64,000 nt of DNA from Sulfurovum sp. (GTDB taxonomy: Bacteria > Campylobacterota > Campylobacteria > Campylobacterales > Sulfurovaceae), in NCBI GenBank assembly GCA_027065815.1, contig JAMONL010000222.1:2650-66649 (forward strand), in the 5' to 3' direction. The translations under genes and the position numbers were made by a program. The notes beneath the pieces were generated by a model. The model was not told where the DNA came from. It did no database searches and worked only from the letters and a program-made list of their open reading frames with translations. Position 1 is the first letter of the stretch. Each line of letters opens with the position of its first letter. Below, one piece after another: positions 20,761 through 30,036 of the stretch.

Positions 20761-21462
20761 CTACTCTTTATACCCGATCTGCTCTTTAAAATTCGCGATA
20801 CAATTCGTACAATCTTTCATCGTATTCGTATCCACGATCGAATATAACGCCTCTTCATGATCAATAATGATCTTTTGTTTCTCAACCGAGATAATCCCCT
20901 CTTTTTTAAATTTTGTTAAAATTCTTGAGAAAGTTTCCGGTGTAAGATTCAAGATAGAAGCCAATTCATTATTTCTCAATCTATGAAAAAGTGAAAGCTT
21001 CTGAAGCATAAGATCTGCCACTTTAGCTTCGGAAGAGAGTACTGTTTCTTTATGCACAAGTGCCGAAAGAAGTCCCACTTTACCGGTAAGTGATTTAATG
21101 ATCTCTAATGAAAAGTTCGGATTGGAAAGGTGTTTGAACACCACTTCAAAAGGTAGAAGTCCCATCGTGCCATCTGTAATAAATTCACAGGTAGCAGGGA
21201 AAGGCTGATTTTCAAAGCAGGCATATTCGCCTATAAGGTCAGGGGCACCTAAACGGTTGATCTGTATTTGTGTACCTTTGGGTGTCGTTTTATAAAGTTT
21301 AATATTTCCCTCCAGCAAAATATGCAGATAGCCACTGTCATCGCCTTCATAAAACACTATACTGTCTTTCGCATAATTTTTAATATGGGTCTGATTATAA
21401 AGCTCTTTAAGATTGGATTGGGTCAATGTAGAGAACATTGGTATATCTTCAAGTCTTAACAT
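20761..21462 (-). CDS. Crp/Fnr-family regulator (NssR/Dnr-like)
   Basis: cNMP-binding fold; recognition helix LTPETFSR; no N-terminal FNR Cys cluster. Confidence 0.92.
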   Translation of the reverse strand: MLRLEDIPMFSTLTQSNLKELYNQTHIKNYAKDSIVFYEGDDSGYLHILLEGNIKLYKTTPKGTQIQINRLGAPDLIGEYACFENQPFPATCEFITDGTMGLLPFEVVFKHLSNPNFSLEIIKSLTGKVGLLSALVHKETVLSSEAKVADLMLQKLSLFHRLRNNELASILNLTPETFSRILTKFKKEGIISVEKQKIIIDHEEALYSIVDTNTMKDCTNCIANFKEQIGYKE

Positions 21463-21602
21463 AGCTTTAACTCCTTATTGTGTCATAGGAGCGTACTATA
21501 CAGTACAACAGATAAAATCTCTCCTATATCTTCGATAATAGCACCATTTAACCATAAAGAACTTAAAGATCAAATTAATATATAGTTAATTATTTGTTAA
21601 AA

Positions 21603-22337
21603 TTATTTTTCAAACCAGTTAAGCTGTTCCCTCAACGTAACCACTTTCCCCACAACGATCAATGCAGGGGTAGGAAGGTCTTTTGCTTTTTGATAAATAT
21701 CTTCCAATGTACCGATCACTGTTTTTTCATCCGGTCTTGTCCCCCGGGAAATTACGGCAATAGGATAATCTTTCGGTTTACCGATCTCTATAAGTTTTGA
21801 AGCGATCTTCTTTAAACGGTGAAGCCCCATAAGAAAAATGATCGTATCATCACTTTTAAAGTTTTCCCATGGGATCTGGGAATGGTCTTTCCCACTGGAT
21901 TCGTGACCCGTCACTACTCGGAAGGAGACCGTGATCCCACGATGAGTGACAGGGATACCTGCATACTCCGGTACTGCTATCGCTGAAGTGATCCCCGGTA
22001 TGAATTCAAACTTGATCCCTCTTTCATAAAGGTAGATCCCTTCTTCCCCTCCACGTCCGAAAACAAAAGGGTCACCCCCTTTTAAACGAACCACATTCTC
22101 ATATTTGAGCGCAGACTGATAGATCACTTCATTGATCTCTTCCTGTGGAAGGGTATGATGGGAGTCTTCTTTTCCTACATAGACAAATTCACATCCATTC
22201 TTCGCTTCTGCCAAAATATCCGGATTTGCCAATCTGTCATAAATGATGACATCTGCTTCCTTCACTACACGTAAAGCTTTAACTGTCAACAATTCAATAT
22301 CGCCAGGACCTGCTCCTGTCAAATATACTTTACCCAT
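21603..22337 (-). CDS. cobA: Uroporphyrinogen-III C-methyltransferase (NirE/CobA)
   Basis: GAGPGD, RLKGGDPFVFGRGGEE; start ATG 22337 overlaps the nirJ stop. Confidence 0.95.
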   Translation of the reverse strand: MGKVYLTGAGPGDIELLTVKALRVVKEADVIIYDRLANPDILAEAKNGCEFVYVGKEDSHHTLPQEEINEVIYQSALKYENVVRLKGGDPFVFGRGGEEGIYLYERGIKFEFIPGITSAIAVPEYAGIPVTHRGITVSFRVVTGHESSGKDHSQIPWENFKSDDTIIFLMGLHRLKKIASKLIEIGKPKDYPIAVISRGTRPDEKTVIGTLEDIYQKAKDLPTPALIVVGKVVTLREQLNWFEK

Positions 22338-23467
22338 TAATTGCTTCCTTGTGTTTTTTCTTCTGTTAAATAGCATGAGGGATCTTCTGCCCACATGTCA
22401 CCATATATGGCATAGGCACGGCTTCTTGATCCACCGTTGCAAATATTAATATACTGACACTCTGCACACTTTCCGCTCAGTTCTCTTGGATGTATGCGTA
22501 ATTTCTGTAAAAGTTCACTCGGTTCATTTGTCCATATATCTGAAAAATCCTGAGTCAGGATATTGCCTATCTTCACAGGAAAGAACGGGTCAGGTTTTAC
22601 AAAACCTTCAGAGTCAATATTCAGTAGTTTTCGTCCTGCAGAGTTACCACCCCAGTCGATAAGTCGTTTTTTCATCTCATCAGCATATTCAGGATACTTC
22701 TTTTCAAATCTGTCATAGAACAGAATGGCGTCCATCTCCATGTTACCCGTGACAATCTCAATATCACGTCCGATTTCATGGTATTCAAAAGCTTTGTCCA
22801 AAATGTAATTGACCGCGGTGATACGCTGTTCTTTACTCAGATCCATCTCCAGATTTTCAAGCCCTCTTCCGGAGTAAACCAGATGTGAAATATAGACTTT
22901 CGGGATATTGTGTTTCTCTGCCAGCTCAAAGATGAACTGCAGGTCATCATAGGTATCTTTGGTAATGGTAAAACGGATACCTACTTTGGTCTTTCCAAAA
23001 CTGTTCAGAAGATCGACCGCTTTCATAGACTCGACAAAGGAACCTTTCAAGCCTCTAAAAGCATCATGCACATCAGGAGAACCGTCAATGGAGATACCAA
23101 CATAGTCAAAAGTATCTAAAATTTTCTCTGCATTACTCTGCTTCACATACAATCCGTTAGTAGAGAGATAGGTCACGATACCCAACTCTTTACATTTGGC
23201 TGCAATGACAAAAAGATCTTTTCTCGTTAGCGGTTCTCCTCCTGAAAAAATGAGAAATTTCACACCGTTAGCTTTAAGCTTCGGCAGTGTTTCCATGATG
23301 TTTTCCGTCGTAAGTGTGTCAACCGCATCCAAGTCAGCCTTGGAATAGCAGTGCAGACAGGAGAGGTTACAGCGGTTGGTAAAATTCCAAATGGCAATAC
23401 TTCCATCCAGTACACGTGCAGGTTTTCCTGCTGTCACCGTTTTCAATAGATTGGATAATCTAAACAT
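22337..23467 (-). CDS. nirJ: Heme d1 biosynthesis radical SAM protein
   Basis: MFRLS N-terminus, CNLSCLHC, SPASM domain ending DPSCYL. Confidence 0.9.
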   Translation of the reverse strand: MFRLSNLLKTVTAGKPARVLDGSIAIWNFTNRCNLSCLHCYSKADLDAVDTLTTENIMETLPKLKANGVKFLIFSGGEPLTRKDLFVIAAKCKELGIVTYLSTNGLYVKQSNAEKILDTFDYVGISIDGSPDVHDAFRGLKGSFVESMKAVDLLNSFGKTKVGIRFTITKDTYDDLQFIFELAEKHNIPKVYISHLVYSGRGLENLEMDLSKEQRITAVNYILDKAFEYHEIGRDIEIVTGNMEMDAILFYDRFEKKYPEYADEMKKRLIDWGGNSAGRKLLNIDSEGFVKPDPFFPVKIGNILTQDFSDIWTNEPSELLQKLRIHPRELSGKCAECQYINICNGGSRSRAYAIYGDMWAEDPSCYLTEEKTQGSN

Positions 23468-23859
23468 TATTTCGACTCCTTGTTGGCTGCCATATTTGGA
23501 TATGATTCTTTCACTTTTGTACCGTTAGCTTCTTTACTCTCATTGTTTTCTTTTTTATCTTTAAAAGACAAAATATAGGATGTAATGGCTTTAAGTTCTT
23601 GTGGATTTAGCGTAAACGCAGGCATGGCATTTCGTTTATATCCCAGTACTTTTGAAACAGAAGCGGGGTCTGTGATCATCGCATGTATCTCTTCTGCCGT
23701 TCTTTTGGATGCTATTTCTGAAAAAGGTGGTCCGAATGCTACTGCGGTCTGATGATGACATCCCCAGCAATAGGTCTCAAATACTTTTTTACCGCTGTCT
23801 GCAAAAAGCAGAGAATTGAGTATTATAGTCACAAAAAAAAGTATATATATTTTTTGCAT
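23467..23859 (-). CDS. Monoheme cytochrome c (NirC-like position)
   Basis: Signal peptide, CWGCH, AMP ligand; coupled to nirJ. Confidence 0.85.
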   Translation of the reverse strand: MQKIYILFFVTIILNSLLFADSGKKVFETYCWGCHHQTAVAFGPPFSEIASKRTAEEIHAMITDPASVSKVLGYKRNAMPAFTLNPQELKAITSYILSFKDKKENNESKEANGTKVKESYPNMAANKESK

Positions 23860-23914
23860 GTAATTCGTCCTTAAATTAATATAAGGATAATAACAATTTT
23901 TTGATGTTGTAAAG

Positions 23915-23928
23915 TTGATTTAGCACAA
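23915..23928. promoter_or_regulatory. Degenerate Fnr/NssR-type box for cyt c-nirJ-nirE
   Basis: TTGATTTAGCACAA; TATTAT at 23887-23892 on minus strand. Confidence 0.55.
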
Positions 23929-23947
23929 GTAATTCAAAAATGGAGAT

Positions 23948-24091
23948 TTACTTGCTGATATTGTGCTCAAATATCGTCCAATACGCTCCATTTCGTACTA
24001 TCATCGAATCTGTTGGGTGCTGAATATTATAGTAGATATATGCACCCATTATTAACATCGTAATGCCAAGAAATATTAAAAAACCTTTCAT
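23948..24091 (-). CDS. 47-aa single-TM small protein (not in ORF track)
   Basis: MKGFLIFLGITMLIMGAYIYYNIQHPTDS...; GGAGG RBS; ATGA overlap with upstream ORF. Confidence 0.55.
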   Translation of the reverse strand: MKGFLIFLGITMLIMGAYIYYNIQHPTDSMIVRNGAYWTIFEHNISK

Positions 24092-24207
24092 TTTTCTTCC
24101 TCCTCCTTCTCATTGTAATCCATATCTTCACCATCTTCTACTTTTGCAATAACCAATATAATAATCAAAAAGAAGATAATGATACCTGCATAAATATAAT
24201 CCAACAT
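24088..24207 (-). CDS. 39-aa single-TM protein with acidic tail (not in ORF track)
   Basis: MLDYIYAGIIIFFLIIILVIAKVEDGEDMDYNEKEEEEK; starts 1 bp after the previous stop. Confidence 0.5.
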   Translation of the reverse strand: MLDYIYAGIIIFFLIIILVIAKVEDGEDMDYNEKEEEEK

Positions 24208-24208
24208 C

Positions 24209-24658
24209 TTATAAGTTCCCGTTTATAAAAAGGTAAAGATGCTCTTTGTCCCTAAAGAGCAGGCACATTCTGCCCTCTTTTGGATCTTGCAGATCATACG
24301 ATTTACTTAGGTAGATATAGGGTGATTTTTCTATCACTTCTACCATCTCTTTGTCAGTCTCTTTTGCCTCTTCCGGCAATTTCTCAATAGTTATCTTCTC
24401 CATCACACAATCTTTAGAGAGTTTTTCTATCATTTTTTTATCATCATCTGTTTTTATTGTAAAAAGATGCGGGGAGATAGCACCTTCCTTATAACGTCTC
24501 AGTGACATCTCTTTTATCTCGTTATACGGCTTACTGCCTGTTAATCTCTCAAACGTTACATCCGTTGTTCCCAGATAAAATGTCCAAGCTTGAAAAAATA
24601 CCAATATTGCCATAAGGACAACTAAAATATATAAGGGTACAAACCTGAGTTTAAACAT
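24209..24658 (-). CDS. Membrane-anchored hypothetical protein
   Basis: N-terminal TM helix; overlapping operon. Confidence 0.7.
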   Translation of the reverse strand: MFKLRFVPLYILVVLMAILVFFQAWTFYLGTTDVTFERLTGSKPYNEIKEMSLRRYKEGAISPHLFTIKTDDDKKMIEKLSKDCVMEKITIEKLPEEAKETDKEMVEVIEKSPYIYLSKSYDLQDPKEGRMCLLFRDKEHLYLFINGNL

Positions 24659-25163
24659 GAAACAGTCTACCTTTCTCTTTTGCTAAGCTTTTCAGTGCAC
24701 TTTTCTCTTCAATGGTAAGAAACGCATTTGAAGGAATATAAAAAGCATTTTCTTTATAGTAAAGCAGTATATCATCTTCTATGGGTACAAGCCCCTGAAT
24801 ATCCTGCCATGATATAAAAATATTGTCTTGTTTGACACCCTCTTCTGTTATCTGAAGCTTTATCTGAGAATTTTTCAATGGTGAGTTTTCATAAGCTCTC
24901 ATGGCTCTTTGATGTATCAGCCACTTTTTTATCATATACCAATAGAGTATCAAAATAGTTGATAACATTAAAAGTCCTATAGAGCCACCTTTAAATGCCG
25001 CCACTACACCGAACTGTGCCAGAGCGACAAAAAACCACCCCACATACCTTCTGGCAGAATTTTTAAACTGATGTGTATAAGATTTTGAAAATGCCTTTTC
25101 GAAATTTTCTCTATCCCATGTGTAGGATAAATTGATAGGATTAAATGTGCTCATCTGACTCAT
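24651..25163 (-). CDS. YcxB-family membrane protein
   Basis: Two TM helices plus ISWQDI...FYIPSNAF C-terminal domain. Confidence 0.75.
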   Translation of the reverse strand: MSQMSTFNPINLSYTWDRENFEKAFSKSYTHQFKNSARRYVGWFFVALAQFGVVAAFKGGSIGLLMLSTILILYWYMIKKWLIHQRAMRAYENSPLKNSQIKLQITEEGVKQDNIFISWQDIQGLVPIEDDILLYYKENAFYIPSNAFLTIEEKSALKSLAKEKGRLFHV

Positions 25164-25728
25164 CTATATAAAGATTTTCTTTCTTTACATGCCCCTCTTT
25201 TTCCAACGTTTCAATGAGAGCTAAGGTTTCTTCATAGAGTTCTTTGTACTTGGCACTGTTTACTTGATACTTTTTTTGCTGTTTTTTAGCATACCACCAG
25301 GCAGCAACAATAGAGAGCGAAAAGAATGCATAGATCCACCATTGCCACGCACCTAAGTCGAGCAACACGATAAAGTACTGCACAGAGAAGAGGACAAAAA
25401 ACTCTACTGAAAATATAAGCACAAGGGTAGAGCTGTGCTCAAAATCAAGGGTGTATTTTTCTATGTCTCTCATGATGTCTAAATTATGATTTATTTTTTC
25501 TGCTTTCTCTTTAACAGAGGCATCAACATGCTCAAGATCTATATTTTTCAGATGAATATTGCTTAAATTGTACTCGACATTTGTCTGCATGTAGTCTCGA
25601 AGAATTTGAGGCTCTTTTTTCAAAGCCTCTTCCAACTCCTCTTTTGTCGGTTTTTCTTTACCTACCACTTTTTGCACATCTTGAAGTACCAGATCATAAA
25701 GACCCACATTCAGAATCTCATTCATCAT
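25141..25728 (-). CDS. Hypothetical two-TM protein
   Basis: ~195 aa, central TM pair. Confidence 0.7.
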   Translation of the reverse strand: MMNEILNVGLYDLVLQDVQKVVGKEKPTKEELEEALKKEPQILRDYMQTNVEYNLSNIHLKNIDLEHVDASVKEKAEKINHNLDIMRDIEKYTLDFEHSSTLVLIFSVEFFVLFSVQYFIVLLDLGAWQWWIYAFFSLSIVAAWWYAKKQQKKYQVNSAKYKELYEETLALIETLEKEGHVKKENLYIDESDEHI

Positions 25729-25814
25729 TCTCTCTTTGTTTAACAAAGTGCTCTCCCTGTGTGCAAAATATTATCGATCTTTTAAATAAACCCAGATCAT
25801 ACAATAGGCTTACT

Positions 25815-25844
25815 AAAAAAATCATACGGGGAAATCCCCGTATG
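25815..25844 (-). terminator. Intrinsic terminator after heme-copper subunit I
   Basis: CATACGGGG-AAAT-CCCCGTATG hairpin plus T run on minus strand. Confidence 0.85.
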
Positions 25845-25851
25845 TAAAGTT

Positions 25852-27510
25852 TTATTTTTTCTGTGAAACGACAACAGAAGGTTGCGGATCTATACCAAAT
25901 GTCGCTGTATCATCTGAAGCCGGAAGGAAAATACCGACCAAGCCTTTAAGACCAACTGACATGATAATGTTGATCATAAAGAACATCCATGCTACAACCA
26001 TCATAATCGCAGCAATAGCCGCCAATATCATGAAGGTCTGATACTCTCCATCCATATAGAAGTGACGTCTGAGCATTCCCTCAAGTCCTGCCATACCCAT
26101 AAAGGCACCCATACCGATACTTCCGATCAAGTGCAGATAGAAGTGTGTGTTGGCGAACTTCATGGAGAAGAGCTTTGTATTGTTTGTCAAAAGTGGCCAG
26201 AGTACATACACCACACTGTAAAGTGTCATGTACAATCCGGTCAACAATGCCACATGCACATGCGCCCCAATGATCCATTGTGTATTGTGCAGAATTCTAT
26301 TCATGCCCATATCTGCCTGGATAATAGCCGCAGGCACTGCCAAACCAAATCCTAAGAGACCGGCAAGGAGATACTTTAACTCCATGGTCATTTTAAGAGG
26401 TCTGGCTTTCCAAAGTGTAATCAGTGTGATAAACAAAGCCAACCCTTGTGTAAGAAGCTCAAACATGGTTACCATCTCTCCAGAGATCAGTTTCATCATC
26501 TCAGGCTGACCTTGATCTGCCAAAAGGTGGTGAGACCAAACCATCCACGAAACAAAAAGCTCCAAGAGAAGTGCCGCACGTGCCACGTTTTCCATAAACA
26601 GCTTCTGACCAGTGATCAGTGTGGCCAAAAGATACCATGAACCTGCCACATAGATAAGCACCAATCCGTCAGCAACAAGGTCAAGCCCCCACCAGAAGAA
26701 GTTTTTATACAACAATGCATCTACCGCATGGACATCCCAACTGACACCACTTGCATCTGCAAGCAGATAAACCAGTACAAGGATACCTGCACCCAAAATT
26801 ACCAACGCATCCAGGAATGTATCTATGGTTCCTCTAAATATCGCAACAACTGGAAGTGACAACGCCGGCTCTTTTGAATAAGGCGGTTTTCCTGTCAATT
26901 TATGCACAAGGTTCAACATACCGTCAATACCAAAACCGGAAATAAGAAGCTCTTTGGTCGTTTTATTGGCATGTACCCCTACTTTTGCAAAGATGGTCGC
27001 ATAAATGTTATAGATAAACCCGAGTGTTCCTATCATAATAAGTGCAATACCTATGATAAAGACAATACCTCCGATGACATTAAACTGTGCCGTATCTGCC
27101 GGAAGTGGCCAATAGAGTGTATAGAGTGGTGCATAACTCCAGACAAATGCCGCAATCCAGGCCAATGCCGAACCGATTGTAATCATAAGCCATACAAAGT
27201 TTGCCAAGCCCACACTATAGAGTGGCTTTTTGGTCAAATATGGTATCAAAAACATAAATGCAGCAAATACCAGCTGATAGGTTGATCCAAATATACCGAT
27301 GATCGGGTGTACGGTCATGATAGAGAAAAAGTGTTCAGGTGCACCATGGATAGGTGGAATACTTGGATTTACCAAAGCCACTCTCATCAATGTCCCCTCT
27401 ATTGCCGCTAAACCATAAAACAAAAATGACATCACAACCGCACGAAGTGTTACTTTTTGAAGTGCTGTCAATGTTGATGCATCAAAATTTGTTCCTTTCA
27501 TTAAACTCAT
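25852..27510 (-). CDS. Atypical heme-copper oxidoreductase subunit I (gNOR-like putative NO reductase)
   Basis: MTVH, WSHH, AHVH and RR retained; helix VI reads FFWWGLDLVADG instead of FWFFGHPxVY; start ATG 27510. Confidence 0.85.
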   Translation of the reverse strand: MSLMKGTNFDASTLTALQKVTLRAVVMSFLFYGLAAIEGTLMRVALVNPSIPPIHGAPEHFFSIMTVHPIIGIFGSTYQLVFAAFMFLIPYLTKKPLYSVGLANFVWLMITIGSALAWIAAFVWSYAPLYTLYWPLPADTAQFNVIGGIVFIIGIALIMIGTLGFIYNIYATIFAKVGVHANKTTKELLISGFGIDGMLNLVHKLTGKPPYSKEPALSLPVVAIFRGTIDTFLDALVILGAGILVLVYLLADASGVSWDVHAVDALLYKNFFWWGLDLVADGLVLIYVAGSWYLLATLITGQKLFMENVARAALLLELFVSWMVWSHHLLADQGQPEMMKLISGEMVTMFELLTQGLALFITLITLWKARPLKMTMELKYLLAGLLGFGLAVPAAIIQADMGMNRILHNTQWIIGAHVHVALLTGLYMTLYSVVYVLWPLLTNNTKLFSMKFANTHFYLHLIGSIGMGAFMGMAGLEGMLRRHFYMDGEYQTFMILAAIAAIMMVVAWMFFMINIIMSVGLKGLVGIFLPASDDTATFGIDPQPSVVVSQKK

Positions 27511-27511
27511 T

Positions 27512-28081
27512 TTATACCCCTTTCTTGTCACATCCTGTGACAATAACTACTTTTTTAACAAACATTGCATTTCCCGCTGGCCCTGCATACTCTGTTGATC
27601 TTACATCAAACTCCCCACACTCATTAAATGTCCAAAGTAGATCATTTCTAGATCCGGGATTAACCTGCATCTGTGAAATCATACTTCCGTCTTGACGGAA
27701 AAGACCAAATCCATAAACCAAGTCTGAACTATGTGCATCAAATAGTACTTTCTCACCTTTTTTGATCTCCATTTTTTCCGGCATATCAAATTTATGATTC
27801 GCTATTTTGATTTGAAAAGTCTTATCTGGTGTGATATTGTGCCTCATAATATCCTCAGATACCCAGGGAATAGTATTATATGTGAATATATGATGCCCCA
27901 CACCCATCGCCACCAAAAATCCTATATACAAATAAAACGGTATCCGAACGATTGGTTCAGCTTTCTTTTCACGTGTTAGGTTATAGGCAAACCATGCTAT
28001 GACCGAAATGATCAGCATTGCATAAACGGTATAAGCAACATTATGAAATTTGAGCAGTTCTACTGAAGTTTCAAAAGTCAT
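27512..28081 (-). CDS. Heme-copper subunit II cupredoxin lacking CuA ligands
   Basis: Two TM helices plus SSDLVYGF...RSTEYAGPAGNAM; His and Cys ligands replaced. Confidence 0.85.
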   Translation of the reverse strand: MTFETSVELLKFHNVAYTVYAMLIISVIAWFAYNLTREKKAEPIVRIPFYLYIGFLVAMGVGHHIFTYNTIPWVSEDIMRHNITPDKTFQIKIANHKFDMPEKMEIKKGEKVLFDAHSSDLVYGFGLFRQDGSMISQMQVNPGSRNDLLWTFNECGEFDVRSTEYAGPAGNAMFVKKVVIVTGCDKKGV

Positions 28082-28137
28082 TTTCTCTCCTTTTTTATAA
28101 TTGACAGATATTATAGTTTCAGGTTATAGTTTAAAAA

Positions 28138-28151
28138 TTGATTTGTATCAA
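28138..28151. promoter_or_regulatory. Fnr/NssR-type box of the gNOR-like operon
   Basis: Perfect TTGATTTGTATCAA; TATAAT at 28110-28115 on minus strand. Confidence 0.85.
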
Positions 28152-28265
28152 CTCATAAGACAGAAAAATGATTAAAATTTAATCAATTAAATGACTTTTA
28201 TTATATCTTTTACTGATGAATGATTAAAATATGAACATCTGCTATTTTAGACAGGCAAATATAAA

Positions 28266-28288
28266 GTGAAGGCATACCTTCACCCTAC
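28266..28288 (-). repeat. GTAG-type REP
   Basis: Reverse complement GTAGGGTGAAGGTATGCCTTCAC. Confidence 0.6.
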
Positions 28289-28295
28289 CATCTTT

Positions 28296-28928
28296 TTATA
28301 GTTTCTGGAGTTTTGGTATAAAGGTAAGAAGTATAACCCAAAAAAGGCCGAGACTCAATCCTGCTATTGTATCAGAGAGCCAATGCACATTTAAGTAGAC
28401 CCGTGTGAAAGCGATGAGCAGAGGCCATAAAAGACAGACCATGAGTAACAATCTGCGTCTGGCAACCGAGTCGATCTTTGCTACAAAGATAAAGTAGAGA
28501 GTCAGTGCTATCGCCATAGACATCGTTGAATGTCCTGAAGGGAAAGAGAAGCCCTGCTCGTTGATGATCTTTAAAACAGGACGTGCACGTTCAACCAAGA
28601 GTTTGATCACAATGAACAGTGCAGAGGCTCCCAAAAATGCCAACAGATAAAATTTTAAATCCACATAATATTTCTTATGAATCAGAAAAGATATGAAAAG
28701 TATGGAGAAGATCGCAGAACCCATCATACCGTTGATATTGGTAATGAATATGATCAATTCTGTCAAAGCAGGAGACTGGATATTGGAGATCTCTCTACTA
28801 ACCCACCTGTCGATCATGAGCAAAAGTCCATTTGTAAGCACATTATAGAGAATAGCAAGAAAGGCCAAGAGACTGATGATAAGTAATCCTATGAGAACTT
28901 TTCTTTTACTCTCCTCTTCTGCTTTCAT
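28296..28928 (-). CDS. PAP2-family phosphatase
   Basis: K-x6-RP, SFPSGH, TRVYLNVHWLSD. Confidence 0.93.
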   Translation of the reverse strand: MKAEEESKRKVLIGLLIISLLAFLAILYNVLTNGLLLMIDRWVSREISNIQSPALTELIIFITNINGMMGSAIFSILFISFLIHKKYYVDLKFYLLAFLGASALFIVIKLLVERARPVLKIINEQGFSFPSGHSTMSMAIALTLYFIFVAKIDSVARRRLLLMVCLLWPLLIAFTRVYLNVHWLSDTIAGLSLGLFWVILLTFIPKLQKL

Positions 28929-28937
28929 ACCATACCT

Positions 28938-30023
28938 TTATTGATTGATATTGTATTCTACCACATCCCCCTCAAGGGTTTTCAAAAATGCCACCACATC
29001 ATCTATCTGTTCCGGCGTAAATTCATTCCCAACCTGATATTTACTCATGATGCGTACTGCCTCTTCTATTTTCTCTACTTTCCCATTATGAAAATAGGGA
29101 GAAGTTTTGGTCACATTTCTCAATATCGGCACACGAAAGAGCTGTGATCCGTCTTTACCCATAAATCCGCCCTCGTTGAGAAAAGGGAATGGACTCTCTC
29201 TCAGCTTGACATCCGGTTCAAACCACAAGCCGATATACTCTGATACATAACGTCTAAGTGGAAACTTCTGCATACTCTGTCCCCCTACCGACATACCGGC
29301 ATGACATCCTTTGCATCCCTGGGTAAGAAAAAGGGTCATCCCGCGTTTTGCCTGTACTGAGATGGCATTGTTATCACCCTCCAGAAATCTGTCATACGCA
29401 CCTCTGGTAAGCAGTGTACGCTCGTAGGCTCCGATAGCTTTTCGTACCTGTTCAAAGGTCACATTATTTTCATGAAAGACATTTTTGAATTTTGCAACAT
29501 ACTCAGAATGACTATTGAGTCTCTTCTCCACATCTTGCGGAGTCATATGCATCTCAAACGGCGCCTGTATCGGACCGCCTGCCTGCTCTTCCACATCTTT
29601 GGCACGACCATCCCAGAATTGCGCTTTTGCCAATGCGGCATTAAGTACCGTCGGTGAATTCAAGTGTGAAGGATTTGCTTGCCCCCTCACCCCTATGGCA
29701 GTAGGAAGATTGTCATCTCCTCCTTCTTTCAGTTTATGACAGGAAGCACATGAAACCGTTTTATCATCTGACAGCAGTGTATCGTTAAACAGTTTTTTTC
29801 CCAAAGCGATCTTCTCTTTGCTCATGGGGTTTTCAGGATTATCCACTACTTTCAACAGATCCTCATACGTGATAGGGATCGGTTTAAATGCTGTGGAGAG
29901 TGCACGGCTCCTCAACTGCGCATCAGTCAGTACCGGGATTGATTTTTTTATAAAAAATGGCAGTAAAATAATGAGTGTTACAACAACAAAAGTTATTGTA
30001 ACCGGATGAATTAACTTTTTCAT
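28938..30023 (-). CDS. Diheme cytochrome c peroxidase (membrane-anchored)
   Basis: CASCH, CKGCH, NSPTVLN, QFWDGRA, PYFHNG. Confidence 0.92.
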   Translation of the reverse strand: MKKLIHPVTITFVVVTLIILLPFFIKKSIPVLTDAQLRSRALSTAFKPIPITYEDLLKVVDNPENPMSKEKIALGKKLFNDTLLSDDKTVSCASCHKLKEGGDDNLPTAIGVRGQANPSHLNSPTVLNAALAKAQFWDGRAKDVEEQAGGPIQAPFEMHMTPQDVEKRLNSHSEYVAKFKNVFHENNVTFEQVRKAIGAYERTLLTRGAYDRFLEGDNNAISVQAKRGMTLFLTQGCKGCHAGMSVGGQSMQKFPLRRYVSEYIGLWFEPDVKLRESPFPFLNEGGFMGKDGSQLFRVPILRNVTKTSPYFHNGKVEKIEEAVRIMSKYQVGNEFTPEQIDDVVAFLKTLEGDVVEYNINQ

Positions 30024-30036
30024 GATGGATCCCTTA

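Noticed and set aside
25852-28081. Ordinary cytochrome c oxidase, or a pseudogene
   Set aside because: No HPxVY or CuA motif, yet the ORFs, heme ligands, promoter box and terminator are intact
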